Positions 10,083 to 18,467 of a stretch of DNA of 64,000 nt are shown one piece after another. The stretch's first letter is position 1; every line of letters starts with the position of its first letter. Where the stretch lies: the NCBI GenBank assembly GCA_038874655.1, contig JAVZBY010000001.1, forward strand, positions 133,007 through 197,006, given 5' to 3'. A model generated the notes under the pieces. The model had not been told where the DNA came from. It was given only the letters and a program-made list of their open reading frames with translations, and did no database searches. The translations under genes and the position numbers were made by a program. Source of the DNA: Candidatus Woesearchaeota archaeon (lineage in GTDB: Archaea > Nanobdellota > Nanobdellia > Woesearchaeales > GW2011-AR15).

Positions 10083-10436
10083 TTATTCATAACAGATGTT
10101 ACAATTAGGATCTGAATTTGTGTGTTTTTGACAAATCTTACAAATTATTTTTTCATTGCTAATTTTTTTTAAATTTCTTTGAAGTTCTATTTTAAAATTT
10201 GATTTTTTTGATAATATATTTTCTATGGATTTTTTAATTTCTTTATCTATATTTTTTGACATTAAATCAATATTAGCTCTCTTATTTTTTAGATATTGGC
10301 TTACTGCTGCTTCTGTAATATTCATTATTTCTGCTATTTGTTTTTGTTTATAGCCTTTGTTTTTTAAAAAAAGTGCATATTTTTTTCTTAATGCTGGTAA
10401 AACATACCAAACTTGAATTTCTTGGGGTGTATCCAT
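10083..10436 (-). CDS. HTH transcriptional regulator (COG2522-like) with C-terminal Cys cluster
   Basis: PQEI.VWYVLPALR, QKQIAEIMNITEAAVSQYL..KR; CKICQKH..CNIC tail; first gene of the SUF cluster. Confidence 0.85.
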   Translation of the reverse strand: MDTPQEIQVWYVLPALRKKYALFLKNKGYKQKQIAEIMNITEAAVSQYLKNKRANIDLMSKNIDKEIKKSIENILSKKSNFKIELQRNLKKISNEKIICKICQKHTNSDPNCNICYE

Positions 10437-10443
10437 CAGAAAA

Positions 10444-10461
10444 AATTAACAATTGTTAATT
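10444..10461. promoter_or_regulatory. Perfect 18-bp palindrome, probable operator of the SUF-cluster regulator
   Basis: AATTAACAATTGTTAATT lies between a minus-strand TTTATAAA TATA box (~10463-10470) and the start codon at 10436. Confidence 0.6.
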
Positions 10462-10537
10462 ATTTATAAAGTTTGTCTTTAATTTTTAATTAGAGAATCA
10501 TGTATATAAAAAAAAGGTATATAAAAAATTCTATTTA

Positions 10538-11173
10538 TTATAACTCAGCTTGTTTTTCATCATTCCCAAAGATATGACCTTTATATAATGTAACTTTTTT
10601 CTCTGAGATAAGCCAAACTGCTCTATTAAATAAGGAATATAATTTAGGGTCTTTTATTTTCTTTTTTGAGATATATGAGATTGTTTTTTTTAAGTCATCT
10701 AAATTTGCACTTGGCGTATTAAACCCTTGAACAAAAGCATCTAATGCATCTGCAAATTTAACTATCTGTGCTTCTATAGAGGATAATGTTTGATATTCTT
10801 TGAAATATGAAAGCATTTCTTCATTAAAATCTATGTTTCTAAATAATAATGAAAAAGCATCCAACTCTACTTTATCAAAAACACCTCTGGCTAGTTCTTT
10901 TGCGTATGTTCCAATATCACCTATGATTGTTTCTCCTAAATCATGAAATAATGCAATTTTCAATGTCTTTTCTGGATTAATGCTTTTGTTTTCTTTATGT
11001 AATTCTTTTGCTAAAAGATATGAAAAAACAGAAACACTAAATGAATGTGCTGCTACAGAATCTGCTTCATTTCTTTTAAATCCTGAATATAGAAAACCTT
11101 GTCTTGGCAATTCTTTTGAAACCTGAACAGTTAAAAAGATTTCTAAAATGTTTGCTAATTCTTTGTCTTCCAT
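10538..11173 (-). CDS. HD-domain hydrolase (5'-deoxynucleotidase YfbR/HDDC2-like)
   Basis: LPRQG, SVAAHS, HDLGE..GDI, VKFADALD. Confidence 0.85.
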   Translation of the reverse strand: MEDKELANILEIFLTVQVSKELPRQGFLYSGFKRNEADSVAAHSFSVSVFSYLLAKELHKENKSINPEKTLKIALFHDLGETIIGDIGTYAKELARGVFDKVELDAFSLLFRNIDFNEEMLSYFKEYQTLSSIEAQIVKFADALDAFVQGFNTPSANLDDLKKTISYISKKKIKDPKLYSLFNRAVWLISEKKVTLYKGHIFGNDEKQAEL

Positions 11174-11215
11174 ATTTTCAACCTCATAATATAATTTTAA
11201 ATTAAATTTAAAAAA

Positions 11216-11680
11216 TTAATTCGTTTTTTTAGATTTTGTTAATTTTTTTAATTCTTCTTCAAATTCTTCTGGGTCTTTAAAATCTTTATATACTGAAGCA
11301 AATCTTATGTAAGCAACTTTATCTAATTTTTTAAGTTTATTCATTACTAATTTTCCTATATAAGAAGAACTTATTTCTGTTGTACCTTTATTTTTTAGAT
11401 TATAATCTATATCCATAAGCATATTTTTTATTGTGTCTATGGTAATTGGTCTTTTCTCACATGCTTTTAATATTCCTTTTTCTATTTTAGAAAGGTCATA
11501 TGGCTCCTTTCTACCATCTTTTTTTATAACAATTAGTTGAATTAGTTCTGATTTTTCATAAGTGGTAAATCTTTTTTTACAAGAAAGACATTCACGCCTT
11601 CTTCTTGTTATTTCATTGTTTTGTGTTTCTCTTTTATCAACAACTTTAGTTTCTAAATAACCGCAATATGGACATTTCAT
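11216..11680 (-). CDS. nrdR: Transcriptional repressor NrdR
   Basis: MKCPYC..TKVVDKR..RRRRECLSC..RFTTYE; ATP-cone KKDGR.E; VAYIRFASVY. Confidence 0.96.
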   Translation of the reverse strand: MKCPYCGYLETKVVDKRETQNNEITRRRRECLSCKKRFTTYEKSELIQLIVIKKDGRKEPYDLSKIEKGILKACEKRPITIDTIKNMLMDIDYNLKNKGTTEISSSYIGKLVMNKLKKLDKVAYIRFASVYKDFKDPEEFEEELKKLTKSKKTN

Positions 11681-11791
11681 TACATCTTGAAATATTTAAT
11701 ATATATTAAAAGTTTTCATTATTGCAATTTTTTGCTTTAATTTTTTTTATTTTAAAAAGATTTATTAATAGGATATGCTTAATAATTTTAT

Positions 11792-11986
11792 ATGGGCCAA
11801 CAAGAGGTTTTTAATTTTTTAAAAAAACATAATGGAAAATGGCTTACTTCTAAAGAGATATCTGAGATGATGAATGTTTCTATTGGTTCTGTAACAAATA
11901 ATTTGAAAAAGTTAAGAAAAACAGAAAAAAGATTAATTAAGTATAAGGTTGTAGGAAACAAATATTATTATATGTTTAAAAAATAA
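11792..11986 (+). CDS. Small winged-HTH DNA-binding protein
   Basis: WLTSKEISE....SIGSVTNNLKKL HTH pattern; TATA-like TTTATTAA ~25-30 bp upstream. Confidence 0.75.
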   Translation: MGQQEVFNFLKKHNGKWLTSKEISEMMNVSIGSVTNNLKKLRKTEKRLIKYKVVGNKYYYMFKK

Positions 11987-12073
11987 TTTCTTTTATGTTC
12001 TCTTTAACTAGATTTTTTATTTAGAATTGATATGAATAAATTTAAATGAACTAATTGAGAATTTTTAAAAAAA

Positions 12074-12143
12074 GGAGTTTTCTTCAGGCATTTAGTCATA
12101 ATGACATAAGCTCTGAAGCTCCTCCCCTAGTGCATTTCTGCAC
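12074..12143 (-). ncRNA. Putative structured small RNA of unknown class
   Basis: GC-rich island; 5' hairpin GTGCA-GAAA-TGCAC plus long stem GGAG-CTTCAG...CTGAAG-CTCC; TATAAAAA ~25-30 bp upstream and T7 tract downstream on the minus strand. Confidence 0.55.
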
Positions 12144-12259
12144 AATTTTAGAATGTTATGATTATTTTTATATTTTTTTGTTTTTATTTTATTTGGATTT
12201 GTTATAAATGTATTTCTTTTTCCAAAAATTTTATATAGCAATACTCTAATTTTATAGAT

Positions 12260-13018
12260 ATGGGCTCTTTTGCTTCTGAGAAAGAAACATTTTTTTATAA
12301 TTTAAAAAGATATGGATTAAGTTTATCTAAAGAAGAAATTAAACAATCTTTAATAACTATTTCTTTAATTGCTTTTATGTGGTCTTTTGATAAATGGGGC
12401 ACTAATGCTTTTGATGTTGTTGAAGGTTTAAAGAATTTTCTTATTGCTTTTTTGTTTACTGGGATTGCGCTGTTTTTTTTTCAAATAGGACAAAGAATTT
12501 TTGCTGTTTATTATGGTTATGATCCTGTTTATGAATCTTGTATGACCGGTTTAATGATTGGAATGATTATTACTTTTGCTTCAAGAGGTAAGATATTGTT
12601 TTTTTTGCCAGGAGGAATTAATATTAGGCATTTAAGAGCATCTAGGTTAGGAGAATTTAGATATTATACAAATCAATGGGAATGGGCTAAAATAGGATTT
12701 TTAGGGCCTTTTTTGAATGTTTTTATTGCTGTTATTTTATCTTTTTTAAAACAGTATGATTTAGTAAGAGAATTGATTTTTATTAACATTATGTTTGCAT
12801 GGTTATCTTTAATTCCTGCTCCTGGAAATTCTGGGATGTATTTGTTTTATCCTCATATTTATTTTTGGGTTTTCATAATTGGATTTGTATTTGCATCTAG
12901 TCTATTATTACTTGCTGTTATGTTTTTTGATTTTAATCCTTTATTAATAATTGTTATAGGTATGATTTTTGGGTTTTATTTGATGTTTACTTATTACAAG
13001 AAAGATGGTAAATGGTGA
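12260..13018 (+). CDS. Polytopic membrane protein, degenerate site-2 protease (M50) homolog
   Basis: Multiple TMs; LPGG, IGFLGPFLN, SLIPAPGNSG resemble the M50 GPxxN and NLxPxxxLDG motifs; HExxH absent. Confidence 0.65.
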   Translation: MGSFASEKETFFYNLKRYGLSLSKEEIKQSLITISLIAFMWSFDKWGTNAFDVVEGLKNFLIAFLFTGIALFFFQIGQRIFAVYYGYDPVYESCMTGLMIGMIITFASRGKILFFLPGGINIRHLRASRLGEFRYYTNQWEWAKIGFLGPFLNVFIAVILSFLKQYDLVRELIFINIMFAWLSLIPAPGNSGMYLFYPHIYFWVFIIGFVFASSLLLLAVMFFDFNPLLIIVIGMIFGFYLMFTYYKKDGKW

Positions 13019-13094
13019 AATTTAATAGAAATCTTTATATAAGTTAAATAAATATAATTTTATTATCATATTTAAAGTAAAGAGGTAGATAATT

Positions 13095-13385
13095 ATGCCA
13101 GAAAAAGAAAAAAAGCCAGTTGTTGAAGATGAAACAAAGAAATTTTCAAAACAACTAATTGGAAAAACAATTGTTAGCAAAACAGGAAAAAGATTTGGAG
13201 AAGTTGGGGATATAATTTTTGAAGCTAAGTCAGGAGAACTAATACATATGGTAGTTAATAATCCAACCCCTTATACAGAAAAATTAGAATTAGAAAAGGA
13301 TAAACAAGGTAGAATTTTAATTCCATTTAGTGCGGTTATTGCAATGGGAGATTTTATGGTTATTGCTGAAGAAGATATTGTTTAA
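13095..13385 (+). CDS. PRC-barrel domain protein
   Basis: LIGKTIVSKTGKRFGEVGDIIF...IPFSAV.AMGDF; RBS GAGGT. Confidence 0.88.
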   Translation: MPEKEKKPVVEDETKKFSKQLIGKTIVSKTGKRFGEVGDIIFEAKSGELIHMVVNNPTPYTEKLELEKDKQGRILIPFSAVIAMGDFMVIAEEDIV

Positions 13386-13457
13386 TCTATTAATTTTTTT
13401 TATTTTTTAAAAAAGAATTAAGTTAATTTTTTAAATTGTTTTTTATTCTTAAAATTT

Positions 13458-14411
13458 ATGGATTCAATGATTTGGACTGAGAAGTATAGACCTAAAAAGT
13501 TTTCTGAAATAAAAGGGCAAGAAGATATTGTAAAAAGAGCTAAAGCCTTTGTAGAACAAAAAAATATGCCTCATTTACTTTTTGCAGGTCCTGCAGGAAT
13601 TGGAAAATCAACCTTAGCTTTAGTTATTGCTAGAGAATTATATGGTGATAGTTGGAAAGATAATTTTTTAGAATTAAATGCTTCTGATGAGAGAGGAATT
13701 GATGTTGTAAGAATAAAAGTTAAAGATTTTGCAAGAACAAAAGCAATTGGAGAGGTGCCTTTTAAAATTATTTTTTTAGATGAATGCGATGCTTTAACAA
13801 AAGAAGCACAACAAGCATTAAGAAGAACAATGGAAAATTATACAAAAACATGTAGATTTATTTTATCTTGTAATTATTCTTCTAAGATAATTGATCCAAT
13901 ACAAAGCAGATGTGCTGTTTTTAAATTTAAACCATTAAAAAAAGAGGATGTTTTTTCGATAATAGATGATATAGCTAAAAATGAAAATTTTACAATACAT
14001 AATGATGCAAAAGAAGCTCTTTACTTAGTAAGTAAAGGTGATTGTAGAAAAGTAGAAAACATTTTACAAAGTTGTAGCGCTATAAGCAATGAGATTGATG
14101 AAAAATTAATTTATTCTGTTGCTTCGCAAGCAATTCCAGAAGAGATTAATAAAATTTTAAATGTTGCTATAAAAGATGATTTTTTAGAAGCAAGAAAATT
14201 GTTATTTAATGCTATGATGGAAAATGGTTTATCTGGTTTGGATATTATAAAACAAATTCAAGAGAATATTTGGAATCTTAATATTGAAAATTTAAAAAAA
14301 TTAGAAATGATTAAATTATGTGGAGAAATAGAATTTAGAATGGTTGAAGGAAGCGATGAATTTATACAAATAGAAGCATTAATTGCTGGTATTTCTTTAA
14401 TTGCTAAATAG
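13458..14411 (+). CDS. rfcS: Replication factor C small subunit
   Basis: WTEKYRP, GPAGIGKS, ELNASDERG, LDECD, AQQALRRTME, SRC. Confidence 0.96.
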   Translation: MDSMIWTEKYRPKKFSEIKGQEDIVKRAKAFVEQKNMPHLLFAGPAGIGKSTLALVIARELYGDSWKDNFLELNASDERGIDVVRIKVKDFARTKAIGEVPFKIIFLDECDALTKEAQQALRRTMENYTKTCRFILSCNYSSKIIDPIQSRCAVFKFKPLKKEDVFSIIDDIAKNENFTIHNDAKEALYLVSKGDCRKVENILQSCSAISNEIDEKLIYSVASQAIPEEINKILNVAIKDDFLEARKLLFNAMMENGLSGLDIIKQIQENIWNLNIENLKKLEMIKLCGEIEFRMVEGSDEFIQIEALIAGISLIAK

Positions 14412-14555
14412 TTTTTAATTACTTTTTCTTACTCTTTTTTAAATAGAGAATTATTTAAATAGATGCTTATTTTAATATATAAAATATAAAAACTTATATA
14501 AAATTAATTAAATAATTATTATCTTTCATTATTATCTTTGAAAAAAAGAGGCTAA

Positions 14556-15521
14556 ATGGCAGAAAATAACTCCTTTGATAAAGGGGATTTTGAGATAAAT
14601 AAAAGTTTTGAAGATATCTATAAAAATAATAATCTTAGTTCTACTGAAGCAATATTAAAAAGATTATTAATAAATATTGAAGCCTTTAAAAAAATTGAAG
14701 AAGAAAATAAAAAGTTAAAAGAACAATTATTACAAAACCAAAAAATTTTAAGTTTTGATTATAAAAAGAAGATAAGTGAGTTAAATAAATTAATCAAAGA
14801 AAATGAAGATATAAAAAATAAGGTAAAAACAGAAATCCTGTTGAAATATAAGAGTTATATTGATAGATTAGTAAGAGAATTAGTAAAAACAAAAGAAGAA
14901 AATAAGCTATTAAGAAAAAAATACACTGATTTGTATTTAATGGCAAAAAAAACAATAGAAGATAATAAAAAATTAAAGATTATTTTACAAGAAAATAAAA
15001 ATTTACAAGAAGTAGAATTTCAAAAAAGATTGTTTAAAATATTAAAAGATTATAAAGACAATAAATTACTTTTAGAGAAAAAGCATAAAGATATTTTAAA
15101 AGATTATGAAAGTAAGAAATTAGAATATATAAAAAAATACGAGATAGAAAAAAAGAATTTGTTAGTTTTAAAACAAAAGTATGATATCTTAATTGAAAAA
15201 TTTAAAAAAAGAGAAAATGAATTTAAAGAGGTTGTTTTATTAAACCAAAAACTTTTAAAGAGAGTTTCTGAATTAGAAAAAAATAGCATTGGTAATGAAA
15301 TTATATTAAAAGAAAGAATTGAAGAAATAAAAAAAGCGTTTGAAGAAAAATTAAAAGAAATCATGAAAGAATTTTTAGGAAAAGAAGTTGAATATAAATC
15401 AAGGATTAAATCATTAATGGACGACCTAGAAAAATATTATAGTGAATTAAAAGAAACTAAGAAAAAATATTATAATAGAGAAAAACAGATAAAAGAAAAA
15501 TTAAAAGAAATTTTAGAATAA
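14556..15521 (+). CDS. Long coiled-coil protein, unknown function
   Basis: K/E/L heptad-rich, no Pro; RBS GAGG. Confidence 0.7.
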   Translation: MAENNSFDKGDFEINKSFEDIYKNNNLSSTEAILKRLLINIEAFKKIEEENKKLKEQLLQNQKILSFDYKKKISELNKLIKENEDIKNKVKTEILLKYKSYIDRLVRELVKTKEENKLLRKKYTDLYLMAKKTIEDNKKLKIILQENKNLQEVEFQKRLFKILKDYKDNKLLLEKKHKDILKDYESKKLEYIKKYEIEKKNLLVLKQKYDILIEKFKKRENEFKEVVLLNQKLLKRVSELEKNSIGNEIILKERIEEIKKAFEEKLKEIMKEFLGKEVEYKSRIKSLMDDLEKYYSELKETKKKYYNREKQIKEKLKEILE

Positions 15522-15560
15522 AAATTTATGATAAAATAAAAATTAAATAAAAAAATATTA

Positions 15561-16499
15561 TTAATCACTCTTTTTAACTAAAATATCTTTGTCAGCTGTT
15601 TCTAAATAATCATAAGTTAAAGTGATTTGCATTCTCTGATTAAATACAATACTACTCGTTTGAACTTGAGTACATCTTACTGTTGCTTCCCCATCTCTTA
15701 AAATAACATATCCTTCCTTACCTTGACCTCCTTCTAAACCTGAACAAGTAAAGTCAATAGAAGTTTCTCCAGGAAATTCTAATTTAAAGTAAATTTTATT
15801 AAATGTTTCTCTTGATTCAGGACATTTAGATTTTGGTGAATAAACTTTTCCTGTGCCGACATGCTTTATTTTAAAAAGATATCTAACTTTATCTGTACCA
15901 CTAGAAATTTCTTCAAAAGATTCAATTTGAATAGGTGCTGCAGAATTATAGATTGGCTTTTTTTCGTTAATCATACAAATATCATTTGGTGTTTCTCTAC
16001 TGGGATTTGGTTTTATGCAGCCTGTTGTTGATGCTTCTGTTTTATAATTATAACAAACCTCTGCTCTTACTTTTGTTTTAAAATTTCCAGGTAAGGCATC
16101 TTTAAAATTCAACCCTGGAAAAGATACTATTACATCAGAAGGTTTTATAATATTTCCTTCATAATCTTTATACATCGCTAAAATATCTTCATCTATACCA
16201 TTTTTTATAAAAAAATCTTGTGTTTTACCAAAATCACTAGGATTTAAACCAGAAATTTTTATTAGAACATCTTCTTTTTTTATATCTGCTTCTCCATTAT
16301 TTAGTAATTTAACTTCTATATTAAAAGGAAATTGGCCTCTATCAAAAACTTCTGCAGGAGGTGCATCATCCATAAACTGAACAGATAACCCACTTTGACC
16401 CCCGATGTAAGGTGTTTCTTTTCCTGTATTTTGTGTTTGCTGTTCACATGAATATATTAAAACCAATAGAACAAATACTAAAATTAATTTTTTATTCAT
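15561..16499 (-). CDS. Putative lipoprotein, paralog family member 1
   Basis: Signal peptide ending YSC; shared CYxY, APIxI, YDY motifs. Confidence 0.75.
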   Translation of the reverse strand: MNKKLILVFVLLVLIYSCEQQTQNTGKETPYIGGQSGLSVQFMDDAPPAEVFDRGQFPFNIEVKLLNNGEADIKKEDVLIKISGLNPSDFGKTQDFFIKNGIDEDILAMYKDYEGNIIKPSDVIVSFPGLNFKDALPGNFKTKVRAEVCYNYKTEASTTGCIKPNPSRETPNDICMINEKKPIYNSAAPIQIESFEEISSGTDKVRYLFKIKHVGTGKVYSPKSKCPESRETFNKIYFKLEFPGETSIDFTCSGLEGGQGKEGYVILRDGEATVRCTQVQTSSIVFNQRMQITLTYDYLETADKDILVKKSD

Positions 16500-16527
16500 T
16501 TTTTCACCTTTGTTTTATTTATAACTT

Positions 16528-17436
16528 TTATTTGTAATTAACAATTTTTATTGTTTTTGATATTGTTTCTCTATAATTATAATCTAAAATTATATTTATA
16601 GGTGTTATATAATAGGATTTTGTGTTTATTGGGGCTTCACATATTGCAAAACCTTGGCCATTCGTTAATCTTATTTTACCTTCTGGTTTACATGTAAAGG
16701 TTGTTCCTGAAGATGTTACTCTGATGTAATTTATAGTATCGATATCTTTGATATCTACACTATTATAACAATTATTATTGTTTCCTGAGAAAGGATTTCC
16801 TTTTCCTTTATTGCTAAATTGAATCTCTAAATATAGTGTGTCTTCTGTTGTTTTTGGATTTATACTTGTTATTGCTAAAGGTGCGCCTTGACTACTACCT
16901 AAATCTTGAACAGTAAATTTACATTTTTGTGTTGCTTTATCATAGGTATTAGGTTCTATACATATAGTTGGGTTTGCTATAGTTTGATAATGATAACATG
17001 CTGTTAAAATTAAATCTTGTTTAAAGGTGTCTGCATTACTTGGACTATTTATTTTAGTTTTCCACGATACATATTCTATTTGACTGCCTTGTGGAACATA
17101 CATAGATTTTCCTTCTACTGATAATGGATTTGTTGTCATAACATTATAACCAAATAAAATACTAGGATCATAACCTGTTAAATATAATCTTAAGTCATTT
17201 ACATTATAAGCACCTTTATTACTATATTCTGCTACAACATTTAATTCTTGCCTACTTAGAACTTCATTTGGTGGATTATCTGGATTAAAATTAATTACTA
17301 TTCCATTTGTTCCTGTTCGCCATTCTTGTTTGTTTGAACTTTGATTTTCTTGGCATGATGAAAAAATAAAAATAAATACAAATATTATAAATATTTTAAT
17401 TTGATTTTTGAATGTTGAATTATTTTTTTTATTCAT
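16528..17436 (-). CDS. Putative lipoprotein, paralog family member 2
   Basis: Signal ending SSC; TGTNG, CYHY.T, ICI, SQGAPLAI, DYNY. Confidence 0.75.
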   Translation of the reverse strand: MNKKNNSTFKNQIKIFIIFVFIFIFSSCQENQSSNKQEWRTGTNGIVINFNPDNPPNEVLSRQELNVVAEYSNKGAYNVNDLRLYLTGYDPSILFGYNVMTTNPLSVEGKSMYVPQGSQIEYVSWKTKINSPSNADTFKQDLILTACYHYQTIANPTICIEPNTYDKATQKCKFTVQDLGSSQGAPLAITSINPKTTEDTLYLEIQFSNKGKGNPFSGNNNNCYNSVDIKDIDTINYIRVTSSGTTFTCKPEGKIRLTNGQGFAICEAPINTKSYYITPINIILDYNYRETISKTIKIVNYK

Positions 17437-17453
17437 TTTAAAAATTATATTTT

Positions 17454-18455
17454 TTAATATTTCAATAATTTTTTTATTTTAATATTTTTTGAATCTGTTA
17501 TGAAATAACCATATTCAATTTCTACTCTTAATGGTGTTGAATAAGTAGAAATTTCTTTTGATAGTAATCCTGGTTTTAAGGTACATGTTATTGAATTTTG
17601 TTCTTGCTTTAATATTAATTCTTCTGGATAACATTCAAAGTCATTTATATGAAATTTTGAAAATGAAATATCTTTTAAAGTAATTACATTATAAACCTCT
17701 TGTAATGAATCCTTATTACAGACTTTATCTATTGTGCCTTTTTTTATAACAATACCATTGCCAACATTTTGAAAGCTTATTTTAAATTGTGGTCTAAGAT
17801 AATTGTTTTCTGAAAGCATTCTTGTTTCAATTAATGATATTTTTAATGGCCCTCCTTGTCCTTCACTAAATTCTAAATTGTGAGTATTACATACTTTTTT
17901 TAGCGATTTTAAATTATAAGGATCTGAATCTATGCATACATCATTAATTAAAATGCCTTTATAATCATAACAAAAACTTGTTAAAATATTTGTTAATTGA
18001 TATTCACTCTGAGAATCTATTTTTTTTGCTTTTATTGGCTTTTCAATTAGTGAGAAATCATCAATAAGATTATTCAAAGATTTGCCTTCCAAATTTATAT
18101 TTTTTATTTCTGCTATATTTGAAGAATCTGAAAATTCCATATAATTTTTTTCCAAAGTTATAAGAAGTTTTGCGTTATTAACTTCATATGGACCTTTATT
18201 AACAACTTTAATTATATAGTTTAAGATTTCTCCTTCATAAATAGAATCTGGTAAATTTGAAAAGACCTCTATGAGAACACCTTCTGTTCCTGTATAAATT
18301 TTTTTTCCTATATTTTTAGTATTGTTTATTGATGTACAACTTGTAAAGATAAGTGAAATTATAAAAAAAAACAGAATTAATTTTTGATTAATTTTTAGAT
18401 TAATAAAATGATTTTTTTTAAACTGTATTTTTATAATATTATTTTTTTTAACCAT
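17454..18455 (-). CDS. Putative lipoprotein, paralog family member 3
   Basis: Signal ending TSC; TGTEG, CYDY, VCID, QGGPLKI, EYGY. Confidence 0.75.
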   Translation of the reverse strand: MVKKNNIIKIQFKKNHFINLKINQKLILFFFIISLIFTSCTSINNTKNIGKKIYTGTEGVLIEVFSNLPDSIYEGEILNYIIKVVNKGPYEVNNAKLLITLEKNYMEFSDSSNIAEIKNINLEGKSLNNLIDDFSLIEKPIKAKKIDSQSEYQLTNILTSFCYDYKGILINDVCIDSDPYNLKSLKKVCNTHNLEFSEGQGGPLKISLIETRMLSENNYLRPQFKISFQNVGNGIVIKKGTIDKVCNKDSLQEVYNVITLKDISFSKFHINDFECYPEELILKQEQNSITCTLKPGLLSKEISTYSTPLRVEIEYGYFITDSKNIKIKKLLKY

Positions 18456-18467
18456 TTTTAGAGAAAT

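Noticed and set aside
12074-12143. SECIS element or hammerhead ribozyme
   Set aside because: No adjacent in-frame UGA selenoprotein candidate; the CTGAAGA segment is base-paired and the hammerhead core order is not satisfied
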